A stretch of 64,000 nucleotides of DNA from an uncultured virus (IMG/VR IMGVR_UViG_3300017719_000001) (IMGVR_UViG_3300017719_000001), one strand, 5' to 3'. Numbered from the stretch's first letter, positions 11,701 through 22,205 are shown. Notes: generated by a model not told the origin, from the sequence alone. Translations and numbers: made by a program.

Positions 11701-14067
11701 AATTGCGTCTTCGATTGACTCTGGTTCAACAGGGAATAATGAAGAAGTCCCTTTAACTACTTTATAGTCTCCAGACTTTGTTAAGAAGATCTTATCAATT
11801 CTACCTAAGAAGTGAGTGATTTTAAGCTCAACTGTTCCTACAGGAGCAATCATATTTGTTGCAATCTCTCCTGTACCAGAAGAAAATTCAGAACCTGTGG
11901 TTGCACCTGTTCTTGCCTTAGTTGGCCTGAAGTCAATAGCATCCCTTAAATTGACGCCATTGAATGATGGTATACTTGCATAATCATTTGCAAAGTCATA
12001 TGAATCAACAGAAAAATAATCACCACCAGTATTGTGTCTATAACAATCAAATGTTACAGTATAGTTACCAGCAGGAAGTGATTCACCACCTTTTAAAATT
12101 ACGTTACCAATATCATAGAATGATTCTCTTTGGCCATTATCTAATAAGAACCTATCGGCATAATCATTGCCCGATGCATCAGTAATTGTTTTAATACCTA
12201 AAATATCAACTTCACCCAATGGATATACTGATTGTGCAGCATCATATGTAATAGTAGCAGTAGCATTTAATGTTTTTGTTTTTGTCTTGGCCTGTGCATT
12301 TAATTTTCTTACTGTACAAATAATAACAGCAGACTCACCATTATAAGCAGTTAGATTAATAATCGTAATACTGTTTGTAGCAACACCAGATACATTTGAA
12401 TCTGCGATTTCTAAAATGTCTTGGTTATCACCTAAATTACCACTATGAAATATTACATCATCATCATTAGATAATGTTGTGCCAGAAGGTAAACCAAAGG
12501 TAACACTACCACCTGATACACTTTGTCCTGATAATCTTACACGAACATCAATATCGGCTGTATGATTAGATCCATCTTTTAATGTTTTAATAGAAGTTGC
12601 TGGTAGTGGGAATACAAGGGTGTTATTACCTGTGTCGAATCTTTTACCCAATGCATCAGCATGTAAATTGGCTTCGAATGTAGACCCTTGACCAAGTTTT
12701 GCAACATTACCAAATGCTTGATTAGAGAGCATGGTTACATCAAAGACATATAATCTGAATACTCCTTCAGCACCATCATATTCTAAACCCCTTGCTCTAC
12801 ATGTACCAATGTTTATTCCATCAGAGTCCTTTAAATCAATAACAGTAAGGTTGTTAATATCAGGGATGCCTTCGCATTCAGCTTCATCTAGTTTTAAGTA
12901 GTTACCAAACCCAATAGACTGAATAGTCTCTGGAATTACAAATTCATCTGAAGCTGCTCTGGTTTTATCTAAAACAATGTGTTCTGTACCAGTTTTTTCT
13001 ACTCGTCGGCCGCTTATATAGGCAACACTAGGCTCAACTCCGATTGCAATCTTATCATCATCTCCACCTTGACCGGCCACCAAGTAACCATTATTATTAT
13101 TTGCATTTAAATGTTCCTTAATATCAAGAATGAATGGACCAGTAACATAATCTCCACTTTCTTCTGATGTTCTTGTTTCTAGTCTTGTTGACAATTCTGT
13201 ATCAACAGGATTCTCGTTTTTCTTAAATACGATCCCGTTATTAACAGTCATTAAGTGAATATAATCATCAGTTGATCTAGAAGCTAAATCTATGTTTTCT
13301 TTAATTAGATTAGTTTCAATAACATATCTATTTGCGCCTGGAGCAGATTCATTAGAAGTGCCTTGAGCATTATCAACCAGATCAGTATATCCTGCATCAG
13401 CAGAAGATTTATCAGATTCTGTAATTGATAGTCCAATAATATATGTTGGTGTATTAGTATATTTGTCAAGGATTAATGTTTCTTTAGGTACATATACCAT
13501 ATTACCAGAGATGAAGTAAACACCTTCTGAAATAGATACACTTGAACCTACACCGGTTTGGTCTGCAATAGAAGAACCAGAAGCACCACCAACAGTAGCA
13601 GATTTACTAACATCAGCATCTGAGGTAATAGTTTCACCCGCACTGAATACCTTCTCTTGATTAGTACCTGAATTAGTATATTTCAAGTAAAGAGTAATAG
13701 GATCACCAGAGGATTCAGGAATCGCATGAAGTACTTCTGCAGTCAAACCTGTAGTGCCACCAGTAACGGTAGTACCAATAAATAAATTAACATCGGTTAC
13801 AGAATTACTACTGTGAGTATTTTCTAATTTAACATAGTGGTAATCAGTATATAAAGACAACTTACCATCTAAAACTCTATCGCCGTCTTTAAATGTATAC
13901 TGGCCCAATTTATCAATTTGAGCCTGCAAGTTAGTTTGTAACTGAGTTAATTCTCTAGCCTGAACAGCGAATCCTGGACGGAACAAAATTCTATGATAAT
14001 TTTTTGTTTCGTCAAAGTCATCGTGATATGGCGAGACCGAATAAGTTTTTATATTACTAATAGCCAT
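8773..14067 (-). CDS. VrlC-like / DUF4815 large baseplate-associated protein
   Basis: N-term PYHDDFDETKNYHRILFRPGFAVQARELTQLQ; RYTMRDIGALDKRVKNLEYYTSLSLLE; RFKNGFIVD; C-term DFRAIAT. Confidence 0.85.
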   Translation of the reverse strand: MAISNIKTYSVSPYHDDFDETKNYHRILFRPGFAVQARELTQLQTNLQAQIDKLGQYTFKDGDRVLDGKLSLYTDYHYVKLENTHSSNSVTDVNLFIGTTVTGGTTGLTAEVLHAIPESSGDPITLYLKYTNSGTNQEKVFSAGETITSDADVSKSATVGGASGSSIADQTGVGSSVSISEGVYFISGNMVYVPKETLILDKYTNTPTYIIGLSITESDKSSADAGYTDLVDNAQGTSNESAPGANRYVIETNLIKENIDLASRSTDDYIHLMTVNNGIVFKKNENPVDTELSTRLETRTSEESGDYVTGPFILDIKEHLNANNNNGYLVAGQGGDDDKIAIGVEPSVAYISGRRVEKTGTEHIVLDKTRAASDEFVIPETIQSIGFGNYLKLDEAECEGIPDINNLTVIDLKDSDGINIGTCRARGLEYDGAEGVFRLYVFDVTMLSNQAFGNVAKLGQGSTFEANLHADALGKRFDTGNNTLVFPLPATSIKTLKDGSNHTADIDVRVRLSGQSVSGGSVTFGLPSGTTLSNDDDVIFHSGNLGDNQDILEIADSNVSGVATNSITIINLTAYNGESAVIICTVRKLNAQAKTKTKTLNATATITYDAAQSVYPLGEVDILGIKTITDASGNDYADRFLLDNGQRESFYDIGNVILKGGESLPAGNYTVTFDCYRHNTGGDYFSVDSYDFANDYASIPSFNGVNLRDAIDFRPTKARTGATTGSEFSSGTGEIATNMIAPVGTVELKITHFLGRIDKIFLTKSGDYKVVKGTSSLFPVEPESIEDAIHLYNIKLNPYVFSVQDVLVTPIDNKRYTMRDIGALDKRVKNLEYYTSLSLLEKSAVESQILDSNGDARFKNGFIVDGFYGHNVGDTSHPDYAVSIDKENGILRPKFDERNINLVRKTGDSGTAVKSAKGGIITMPYTNVTELNQPYSSYAEFVNPYNVIIWDGTIKLSPESDEWKDVDQRPDIIIDDNSVYEQFVNMAEADGILGTVWNEWETNWTGKELISSSSTNKNMSAGQGERLTGTDNSKNKNRAEVRTTVNAFTETGTASRDGIESFVTSDVQSKVMGNVVVETNFIPFMRSRKIFFQAELLKPSTRVYPFFNGVDVSTYCKEESAMTEFSDRSSVTTYENATTHPDGSGNLTTDASGRVIGSFVIPRTDALKFKTGTREFKLTDSSTNDDANSTTKAIENFYAQGVLETFQRTIVNTKVPRIAYREVNQSKTVTKRTNETNHELIRYYDPIAESFVVKTEGGIFTTSVELFFNQIDLNIPICISIREVENGYPTQRIIPGADVVVYPTDIASTPANFANANAASSTTINWDFPVYLKEGTEYAIVAISNSDKYKVYVAETSKFDLTDIDKRITKQPFDGVFFTSANASTWTPEQNKDLKFKLNRASFTGSSAEVNLVNDAVPLKTLGLNPLVFEQNVTGSTCRIRVIHKNHGMYGVDGNHSVTIAGVSGTVNGIVASALNGNHTVNDAELDSYTITVTGQATSLGIRGGGTAVTASENQMYDVLKINASTIEFDKAGIKYFHSGLTGYSQDGQNDSGQSFYTYDNEQEILANKNTQFEKPYMIASERNEAFKSLGSKPFKLRCVLSNSGKENLSPVIDLNRTSLFTIQNRINSPEEHQANYSTYVAESSGTGSSAAAKYITKQVTLNTDANVLDVYINANKPKNSDIEVWYKITDNSDVDFDALDWAEMTPDQIVPTNSNGVYSEVHYQKDFSTLNTPFSKFSIKVVLKSVRSTDIPTIRDFRAIATT

Positions 14068-14096
14068 TTATATTTCTCTCGTTTCTAAATTCTAAA

Positions 14097-15491
14097 TTAG
14101 AATTCAATAATACATTTAATATCTTCAATCTGTGATGCACTTCTATTAATAGGTGCTCTATTTTCTAAGAAGATTAATTGTCCACTACCTTTTAATACTT
14201 CTGCTGCATTGTCTGCAGTACTAGCATGAGTATCAGCACTTCCACCCGTAGGATTTGAACCGGTAATTGTTTCACTGTTTTGGAATAAACCATAACCTGT
14301 TTTTGAATTTTGGTAATAATACAATTTTAAATTTGATGCATCAATTTCAACTAGGTATGCTTTAGCGCCTGAAGTACCACCAGTAATAACTTGGTCAACT
14401 ACAAAGTTTGTTACACTTTCTCCTGCAGCTAGCTGAAGAAATTTAGTAGCCTTTAAAGTAGGCGAAGTAGCAATAGTAGTACCACTTGAATAAGGATTCT
14501 TTACAATGACAACTTGTCTGAAATCATTGTTAATTGTAATATCACCACCATCAGCACCATCAAGTTGTGTATTTAAACCAATGAAGAATGCACCCAGTTC
14601 ACTTACTGGATCAGTACCGTGTCCTGCAGGAGGAGAAATTACTGTTCTAGCACTGGCGTCTCCAATACTGAAAGTAACATCAGCAACTGTGTAGTTTGTT
14701 CCCCTAGTATTAATTGTAATACTTGCGACTGTTTGTGTAGAACCTGTACCACTCATTACTGCTGTTGCAGTAGCACCTGTACCATCACCTGTAATAGTAA
14801 CAGTAGGCGTTGAAGAATAAATACCACCATTTAATACTTCAATTCTTTCAATACCGGCAGCAGTAGTAGAATTATATGAAGCAACCTGAGAAGCAGTTTG
14901 TGGATATCTAACATCTGTATCTAAAAGAGAACCAGGAATGCTTGCTGTTCCGTTTCCTGCAACAGTAAATGGAAGAGTACTAACTGGCATATAAGAATTT
15001 GTTAAGAATTTTTCCGAGTCAGAAGTTGTAAGTGTGTACATGTATTTCCATGTATAACCGTCCGCACCTGTGATTGGATCAGTACCAGTATGGACTGGTT
15101 GAACACTTGTTGCACCACCACCCGCACTTAGGCATTTATAGACTTTAAATTCGGAAGTAATACAGTAGAAGGCTTTATCAAAGATATCTGAATCATCAGA
15201 ATCCCATGCGACGAAAACCTCTCCATCTGCATAGTTAAATCTCGGTACCACATGAGCTACATCAGATGCTGTGATTAATTTCATGGCAATCATTTGTTGA
15301 TATGCTTCATTAATATCATCTCTATGATCACCAGGTACGAAAGGAGTTGTATCAGTTAAATCACTGGTGGTATTGGACCAGGCATCAGATTTACCAATGC
15401 CCAGATAAACACTAGTGTTTGCATCTGCTACATCTTCCTTAAAATTCTCTGCATTGAGAACTCTGAAAGGGGTTGTAATAATTGCTGCCAT
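14097..15491 (-). CDS. gp8: baseplate wedge subunit
   Basis: MAAIIT..FR; VYKCL; DGYTWKYMY; ENRAPINRSASQIEDIKCIIEF; follows gp7. Confidence 0.9.
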   Translation of the reverse strand: MAAIITTPFRVLNAENFKEDVADANTSVYLGIGKSDAWSNTTSDLTDTTPFVPGDHRDDINEAYQQMIAMKLITASDVAHVVPRFNYADGEVFVAWDSDDSDIFDKAFYCITSEFKVYKCLSAGGGATSVQPVHTGTDPITGADGYTWKYMYTLTTSDSEKFLTNSYMPVSTLPFTVAGNGTASIPGSLLDTDVRYPQTASQVASYNSTTAAGIERIEVLNGGIYSSTPTVTITGDGTGATATAVMSGTGSTQTVASITINTRGTNYTVADVTFSIGDASARTVISPPAGHGTDPVSELGAFFIGLNTQLDGADGGDITINNDFRQVVIVKNPYSSGTTIATSPTLKATKFLQLAAGESVTNFVVDQVITGGTSGAKAYLVEIDASNLKLYYYQNSKTGYGLFQNSETITGSNPTGGSADTHASTADNAAEVLKGSGQLIFLENRAPINRSASQIEDIKCIIEF

Positions 15492-15519
15492 TTTAATTTA
15501 TCCTATAAGTTACTTTCTT

Positions 15520-17712
15520 TTAATTTAAGTCTATAAAAGAATTTGTGTTATATCTATTTATACTATTTATATTGTTTGATTGTATGGTTTCACTTCCAAA
15601 TTGTTCAATAGTCTGATTTAAATTAAACTTTTTATGACTATATTTAGGAACAATACCTTTATTATTAAAGTAGTTATTATCTTGTATGGTTCTTGATCCA
15701 TCTAAAAGGTGATTGAGCATTACCTTTAAATACATTCCAGTTTCTTTTGCTCTGGATTCAACTACCATTGAAGAGCCTAATCTAACAGAAGGATCTAAAA
15801 CATAACCATTACCTTCATTGGTAATATTTATACTAGATATTTCTGTTGGCGTCAGAAGAGCTATACACGTTGCACCACCACCGCCTCCACCAACTATCTG
15901 TACCTCAGGTGCAGAGGTATAACCAGAACCAGGTTCTATAATATACAAACCATCAACTTGTCCTAACTCATTAATAGTTGCTCTTGCAGTTGCTCTTGTA
16001 CCACTAGGAGGTAAAGCAATAATGACTGTAGGCTCACTTGTATAACTGCTACCCAAGCTTGATAAACGTAGTAGTTCAATCGAAGTGGGTTCCATAACAA
16101 ACTCTGCAGTTGCCTGAACATTACTCTGTAGTAATATACCATCTTGATCTTTAGCAGTAGGAGGCCCGAGTGTAATAATAGGTGGCAAACGGTATAATTT
16201 ATTCGCGTCTGTGGAATAAGTAATGGCACCAACTTTACCAGCCCCACTAGCAGGAGCAGGAACATTAGCCGCTATTTCTGTATAACCACTTCCACCCTGT
16301 GTTACTGTAATACTGTCAATACCACCTTCTACATTTAATACAGCTGTTGCCGCGGCTCCAGTACCTGTACCTGAGAAAGTAATTGTTGGGGGTGAAGTAT
16401 AATTATGACCTTGGTTAACTATCTCTACCGAAGTTACAACACCACTTGAAACAACAGGCGAAAGAATTGCTGTCTTATTTAATAGAGCCTTTGGTTGAGG
16501 TCCGAACATAGCTGCGAACATCTCTACAAGTAATGGTAAGTCTTCCGCACCAATAACACCAGGTTGAATACCAGGCATAGAGGAGAGAGTAAACCTATTA
16601 GTTCTACCATACGCATTCACTAATTGATCTACTATTAAGCCAGTCTCTAAATTTTTAGTAGGTACATTAATACCCTTTTCTACCTTACCATCACCGAGAG
16701 CATCTCTTACTAGGTTAATAAGGATCAGAATTTCACCAAAGAAGATAAATCCAGCAGGATGTACTAATCTGTTAAACGTATATTCCCAGTCAGTTAAATT
16801 TTTACCTGTTTTAATGAGGTAAGAGTATTTTTGGTATCTGTAACTATCATGTATCTTTATTTTCTTTTCAGAAAGAAATCCCTTAGTAGAAATAAACTGA
16901 TTAGTATCACTGAACCAATCTCCTGATGAAGGTATTAAAGTATTATCATAAGGTCTCTCAATTTCAACTTCTTCGTTAAAGAGTAACCTAAAGAATGTCT
17001 CAATAGAATCAGAGGAACCTCTCACCTTATAGAAGTCTACGATTCTTTTATAAAGCGTATTTTTATTTACCAGTAGTCCTCTTGGAATGGCAGAGGCAAT
17101 TTCTTTCTGCATCATTTCTAGGTACTGATTACTCGCGTCTAGCTCACTATCAGAGTTCTTGTCAATGTCCATAAAGTCCTCTATGGCATTTAAGACATAA
17201 GAGGGACCAGGACCTACCCAATTTTTAATCGGTGTGGTTAAAGAGGCAACATCACCATTGTATGCAGATAAACCACTGATGGTCATTGTCTTGCCTATTT
17301 CTGATGTACTATTTCTTAATGAGCCAGGTAGCTCGTTACCATTTGATATAGCCACATTAGCACTATTCAAAGCCACTGTAGCAGTATTACCGTCTTGTCC
17401 CTTAATCACTAATGTAGAGCTATTACCCTGTTCATCTGTATAAAACTGATTGTTTTCATTGTCAGGATCAGAGATACGAAAACGTGCAACGCCATCCAAA
17501 ACTAGGTCCGTATGAGTCTCTTCTTGCTCATATATAAACTCATTGAGGTTCATAAACTCGTAGTATTTCTCTAAGAGTAACTGAATACCTGTATCACCAG
17601 ACGCCTCTAAAATCTCACTCGGTATTACCTGTTGTATTCTCAGATTCTCTTTAGTCTTTTTCTTACTAGAGGCTACTGTTTCAATATACCCTGGTGAATT
17701 ATTCTCTGCCAT
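15520..17712 (-). CDS. gp7: baseplate wedge initiator
   Basis: FYKVRGSSDSIETFFRLLF; IHDSYRYQKYSYLIK; LVHPAGFIFFGE; G-x-G-Y beta-repeat inserts. Confidence 0.85.
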   Translation of the reverse strand: MAENNSPGYIETVASSKKKTKENLRIQQVIPSEILEASGDTGIQLLLEKYYEFMNLNEFIYEQEETHTDLVLDGVARFRISDPDNENNQFYTDEQGNSSTLVIKGQDGNTATVALNSANVAISNGNELPGSLRNSTSEIGKTMTISGLSAYNGDVASLTTPIKNWVGPGPSYVLNAIEDFMDIDKNSDSELDASNQYLEMMQKEIASAIPRGLLVNKNTLYKRIVDFYKVRGSSDSIETFFRLLFNEEVEIERPYDNTLIPSSGDWFSDTNQFISTKGFLSEKKIKIHDSYRYQKYSYLIKTGKNLTDWEYTFNRLVHPAGFIFFGEILILINLVRDALGDGKVEKGINVPTKNLETGLIVDQLVNAYGRTNRFTLSSMPGIQPGVIGAEDLPLLVEMFAAMFGPQPKALLNKTAILSPVVSSGVVTSVEIVNQGHNYTSPPTITFSGTGTGAAATAVLNVEGGIDSITVTQGGSGYTEIAANVPAPASGAGKVGAITYSTDANKLYRLPPIITLGPPTAKDQDGILLQSNVQATAEFVMEPTSIELLRLSSLGSSYTSEPTVIIALPPSGTRATARATINELGQVDGLYIIEPGSGYTSAPEVQIVGGGGGGATCIALLTPTEISSINITNEGNGYVLDPSVRLGSSMVVESRAKETGMYLKVMLNHLLDGSRTIQDNNYFNNKGIVPKYSHKKFNLNQTIEQFGSETIQSNNINSINRYNTNSFIDLN
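15555..15571 (-). promoter_or_regulatory. tandem late promoters (TATAAATA x2) for gp8
   Basis: Two exact copies at 15555-15562 and 15564-15571 at 3' end of gp7. Confidence 0.55.
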
Positions 17713-17713
17713 A

Positions 17714-19567
17714 TTATCTTAACCTTGAGTTAGTGATATAGTCAATGGAACCTGATGCACCTGCAGTAGAGATAGTATCTACCTCTGCCGATATAGACAC
17801 ATAAGTCTGGTCAATATTTAATAACTGATCTCTTTTAGGCGCAATATCTAAACTATTAGGTATTACTGTTACCTTAATATCTGTATCGGTATCTACAGCA
17901 AAATTATTAATAGTCACTCTACCCTTAGAAGCTTCAATAGTACCGGCGTTATTAATCACCGTAATATTAGAACCTTCAACTATCTTGTACACAATAATGG
18001 TCCTATTAGAAGACCCTGTAACCACCTTATCACCTAAGTAATGGTCAACACCCCCAATTTTAAATGCAGTAGAGTTTAAAATAAACTCCTTTTCGGAACC
18101 TGATTCAAAGATACCAGAAGCGTATGTTAGGTTAAAGTTATTTAGATTACGTGTAGTCTTAGCCGATATAGTCTGGAACATATAAGGTCGGATAGTAGAG
18201 TTTAGAATAGACCTATCAGAACTATCTATGGCTTTTAATATTTGTGAGTACCTAAACACGCCATCAAATTTATTGAGGTTATTAAAGTTGTAGTCACTAA
18301 TAGTATCTCTTACTACACCTTGTAATTCAACATTAGTTCTATCAGTTAGGTTAGGGTTATACTTAAAGAAGACATCAAGCTCTAAATTAGTAAAGTTAGG
18401 GTCTACAATTTCGGGCGTAATAGACACGATATTTTTGCCCTTTAATACGGTATCCTTAATTGTTAACTTTTCGGCAGGAGTCAAGGTGGCTGCAGTAAGA
18501 GGCTTCACTGCCACATATACCTTACCAAAATCAACAGGGTCATTATCTTCACCACCCCATGTACTAATAGAAGATACATTAGCGAATGATTTCAGTATGA
18601 TGGCTCTATAATCATCTGATGTTACGGCTCTATTTTGTGCAGTAAATGTCAGAGGTGCGTTGAACCTAATAGATTCTATAGACTCTCTATCGGAACCACC
18701 AGCACTTGGAGTCACTGTGGTTACTGTATAGGATGCGTTAACTAGTCCGCCAAGCGTAGATGATAAGTTAAACGTAGATGCCCCATTACTTTCTTCACCA
18801 TGCGTGTAGATGTAATCTAAGGTTACGATATTATTATTAACCGGTTTCTTACCAATAACACCATCACCAAAATATACTTCATATCGGCCGTTAGTGTTTT
18901 CTTGTACGTAATGAATCTGTGATGCAGCGTCAACGTTTAAGAGTGATTCAAACCTACTATAAATGTCGTAGGTCAATGCCTCTTCGTTTTCCTGTACACG
19001 AACTCTTAATGTAGATGTATCAACGTCTAAATCTGTAATCTGGAATTTCTGTGACTCAATGTCATTATCAACTCTGTATAAGAGAGATTTATAGGTACCT
19101 TCTGCAATAACAACATCTTCAAAGACAAACTGTTGAGTCGCACTACCTGTAACCGTTTGAGAGTTCACTACAACATACTGATAGGTTTCTCCCTGTACTG
19201 TAGTAGTGAGTTTAGTACCTCTTGGTAGAGTTAATGTAGTGGGGTAAGAAGGCCCGGCAGTATTATCTACTGTTAATGTAATAGAAGCCCTAGGAGCAAG
19301 TACCGATCTTGGCACATATCCTAACAACTTAGCTCTTGTTACCACATTACCACGTATCTGTGCAGAGTCAAGAAAGGCCTCATTTAAAGAATAGTGAGCA
19401 GCAACGGCATTATAATGTGTATTATATGCAAGTACATCAAGGAGGGTTGACAAACCACTACCTTCAAAGTTATAATCATTAAACTCTGTTTGTTGCTTAA
19501 GATAATTCTTTAGGTTATCTTTAATCTGATCGAAATCAAGTTCTGTTACATTTAAATTAGTTGCCAT
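17714..19567 (-). CDS. gp6: baseplate wedge subunit
   Basis: LDFDQIKDNLKNYL..DYNFEGSGLSTLLDVLAYNTHY; QNRAVTSDDY; WGGED. Confidence 0.93.
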   Translation of the reverse strand: MATNLNVTELDFDQIKDNLKNYLKQQTEFNDYNFEGSGLSTLLDVLAYNTHYNAVAAHYSLNEAFLDSAQIRGNVVTRAKLLGYVPRSVLAPRASITLTVDNTAGPSYPTTLTLPRGTKLTTTVQGETYQYVVVNSQTVTGSATQQFVFEDVVIAEGTYKSLLYRVDNDIESQKFQITDLDVDTSTLRVRVQENEEALTYDIYSRFESLLNVDAASQIHYVQENTNGRYEVYFGDGVIGKKPVNNNIVTLDYIYTHGEESNGASTFNLSSTLGGLVNASYTVTTVTPSAGGSDRESIESIRFNAPLTFTAQNRAVTSDDYRAIILKSFANVSSISTWGGEDNDPVDFGKVYVAVKPLTAATLTPAEKLTIKDTVLKGKNIVSITPEIVDPNFTNLELDVFFKYNPNLTDRTNVELQGVVRDTISDYNFNNLNKFDGVFRYSQILKAIDSSDRSILNSTIRPYMFQTISAKTTRNLNNFNLTYASGIFESGSEKEFILNSTAFKIGGVDHYLGDKVVTGSSNRTIIVYKIVEGSNITVINNAGTIEASKGRVTINNFAVDTDTDIKVTVIPNSLDIAPKRDQLLNIDQTYVSISAEVDTISTAGASGSIDYITNSRLR

Positions 19568-19571
19568 AATT

Positions 19572-20048
19572 CTACCTTAATCTACGTAGTACAATCTCGA
19601 CTGTGCTTTCTTGGTCAGATTGTGTAATTAAAAATTTTACTGTTATTCTATAAGCGTTTCTATCAGATAAATCATCAACAGCCACATATATAGGCTTCAC
19701 TCTTGGTTCGTCCTTTAATACTCTCTTAATATTATCCTCTAATGCAAGTTCTGTTATAGCATCAGCAGGTTCAAATAATAACCCTCTTAAATTAGCACCT
19801 GTAGCGGCTTGAAAGGGGCGTTCATGGAAATTAGTCAGTATTAGGTTACGTAATGAGTTCTTTACTGCCTGGTCATCTCTTAATGGTATAATATCTTTTC
19901 TGATCTTATGCAGTGTTAGCTTTAAGTCTAAATCACTATATCCCTTTGAACGAGATACATTAGATGCTTTATTCACTCTACCTGAAACACTTCTATCTGA
20001 TAGTATAGAAGGTGAGGTGATTATGTCTCCGTCATTTATATTAGCCAT
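19572..20048 (-). CDS. gp25: baseplate wedge / sheath initiator
   Basis: YSDLDL; AVKNSLRNLILTNFHERPF; EPRV. Confidence 0.9.
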   Translation of the reverse strand: MANINDGDIITSPSILSDRSVSGRVNKASNVSRSKGYSDLDLKLTLHKIRKDIIPLRDDQAVKNSLRNLILTNFHERPFQAATGANLRGLLFEPADAITELALEDNIKRVLKDEPRVKPIYVAVDDLSDRNAYRITVKFLITQSDQESTVEIVLRRLR

Positions 20049-20053
20049 ATAGT

Positions 20054-20061
20054 TATTTATA
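20054..20061 (-). promoter_or_regulatory. late promoter TATAAATA, 5 nt before gp25 ATG
   Basis: TATAAATA-ACTAT-ATG. Confidence 0.7.
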
Positions 20062-20077
20062 CCTTTTATGTAAGTGT

Positions 20078-20887
20078 TTAATCAGGCTTCTTTGTTTTAC
20101 CAGCAGAAGAACCACCTGATATAGTATGTGTATGAGTGGCCAACGTAGCCCCACTATCTGTAATGGTATCACTAGCCACAATGGTACTCTCATTAGTCTG
20201 TGCTCCACTCACAGCTAAGGTGTCCTGAAGCGTAGTAGAGTCAGATACAGTAAGGGTACCAGTGATAGTAGTATTACCATCTATGTTCACGATATCGTTT
20301 ACTGCGTCTATTAGCACAGTGCCTTCTTCATTGATATTAATAATTGTACCACTCTTGTGTCTCAATTCGATTTCTTCTACATTCATTGTAAAAGTGTGAT
20401 TGTCTTTATGTCGAATTCGCACTTCTTCTTCAATCATTCTAATAGTGTGATTATCTTTATGAGTAATCTCTATTCGTTCCTCACCAGGCTCATTATCGTA
20501 CTCTACTCTATGTCCTGCCTCTGTAGTATGTACCTTATTATTAGGATAGTGCTCATCTACCTGTAGCGGCAAATCAAGTATGTCTTCTGTCTTAGCAGAA
20601 AAGGTTCCCATGATAACAGGGTCTTGAGCACTATTACCGTCTCGGAAGAAACCAATCACCCACGACCCTACCATTAATTGATGATTCCCACCAACACCCT
20701 GTATAGAAGCATATGTATTAGGCATCATCACAGTAGCCCACGGTAAATGTTCTGCCTCTATAGTAGAATCATAGTAACCAAAGGGTAATACACGCACTCT
20801 ATTCATTATATTAGGATCATTAACGTCCTTTACTTCACCTATAAACCATGCAAACTGCCCACCTACGAACATATCATTTTGTAGCAT
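20078..20887 (-). CDS. gp5: baseplate central spike (gp5 OB-fold + beta-helix, no lysozyme domain)
   Basis: WFIGEVKDVNDP..RVRV; LPWA; GSWVIGFFRDG..AQDPVIMG; YPNNKVHTTEAGH; C-term THTH. Confidence 0.88.
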   Translation of the reverse strand: MLQNDMFVGGQFAWFIGEVKDVNDPNIMNRVRVLPFGYYDSTIEAEHLPWATVMMPNTYASIQGVGGNHQLMVGSWVIGFFRDGNSAQDPVIMGTFSAKTEDILDLPLQVDEHYPNNKVHTTEAGHRVEYDNEPGEERIEITHKDNHTIRMIEEEVRIRHKDNHTFTMNVEEIELRHKSGTIININEEGTVLIDAVNDIVNIDGNTTITGTLTVSDSTTLQDTLAVSGAQTNESTIVASDTITDSGATLATHTHTISGGSSAGKTKKPD

Positions 20888-22205
20888 CTAAATCCACCTC
20901 ACTAGAGTCTTTTTGAATCGTTAAGTATTGATAGTATCCCTTATCAAATACATGTTCTATCTGTGTTACTAAGTAAACACCTGATTGGAGTTTATCTATG
21001 CCAGACCCATCTACATCTTCTTGGGCCTTTCTGATCTCCACTTTAATCTTTTTCCCTACGCTCATATCAAAGTCACCCGCAATCTGAATGGTATGTTTCT
21101 GGTAATTCAGGTTCTCCAAGTAAGCCATTGCCTTAGGTAAGTCGGCTGGAGAAGGGCTCATATAGTTCTGAGAGTCATTGAAGGCCTTAGAGTTCAGGGA
21201 TATAAAATAACTCTTTGACTCGCTATACGAAGAAAATATAGCATCCTGCACCTTCGCACGTTCTGATACGCTAAATGGTATGTGTTGATTTAACCGTAAA
21301 TTGTTACCCTTATATGCGTATACACTCTTAGAATACTTCTTCTCTGATACATCTATTGTATGCAGTGTTGAACCGTATGCCCCATTATAAGCCGATAAGA
21401 ACTTACCCTGATTGTAATCTGATGTTATATCTCTTATATTAGTCCTTTCATACTCGTAGCCTTCTTCTGTTTCTAATGCTATATCTGAATCAATGAATGG
21501 ACTATATGTATAGGTATCATAGACATCTTCTTCTAAGAGAGATTTATATGATTTACAGTGAATTTGTGCGTTATTATTCAATGTCTGATAATAAAAGAAT
21601 GGTGTGCTTTGATCGAAACATTGTCTGAGTAGCCATTGTATACCCTGCAGAGGTCTGATATTAGGAAAGATACCCTTAATAATGTTTTTAGATCCTTCTG
21701 AGCTTTCTACTTTAATGTCCAATATGCTTTTGCTAACATACTTAATAATCTCTAATGGAGTGCCAGAAAAAGGAGTCTTTAAAAGCTTTAGATTATTCAC
21801 ATACATATGCTCTGTGACGCATCTAATGTTATATGTGTTCAATCCGGGCTTGAGTCTCTTATAATTAAATATCTCTGCTATACGCGTGGCTATTGTGAAT
21901 GATTTCGTTTCCTTGCTAGGTTCCTTTCTCTTGACTTTAATACTAATCTGCTCGTTACCTGATAGCTTAAGTTTCTCCATTAAACTTAATGTATCACCTA
22001 CAGATAATACAACTTCTAGCCCTGGTGATTCAAGTGATTCATAGACAGAGAAATACGCAACCATATTAGTAATATCATAGAGATAAGGTGTATTTGATTT
22101 ATTCTTTACGTTATTGGCTTCTATTACTACACCTACAACTTCATATGTTGTGGGAGTAGATGCAACGCCGTCTGGCCCTACTCTATTCTGTGATAGACTA
22201 CTCAT
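20874..22205 (-). CDS. baseplate hub protein (gp27/VgrG-like)
   Basis: Position between gp53 and gp5; FFYYQT; DKLQSGVYLVTQIEHVF..QKDS. Confidence 0.7.
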   Translation of the reverse strand: MSSLSQNRVGPDGVASTPTTYEVVGVVIEANNVKNKSNTPYLYDITNMVAYFSVYESLESPGLEVVLSVGDTLSLMEKLKLSGNEQISIKVKRKEPSKETKSFTIATRIAEIFNYKRLKPGLNTYNIRCVTEHMYVNNLKLLKTPFSGTPLEIIKYVSKSILDIKVESSEGSKNIIKGIFPNIRPLQGIQWLLRQCFDQSTPFFYYQTLNNNAQIHCKSYKSLLEEDVYDTYTYSPFIDSDIALETEEGYEYERTNIRDITSDYNQGKFLSAYNGAYGSTLHTIDVSEKKYSKSVYAYKGNNLRLNQHIPFSVSERAKVQDAIFSSYSESKSYFISLNSKAFNDSQNYMSPSPADLPKAMAYLENLNYQKHTIQIAGDFDMSVGKKIKVEIRKAQEDVDGSGIDKLQSGVYLVTQIEHVFDKGYYQYLTIQKDSSEVDLDATK

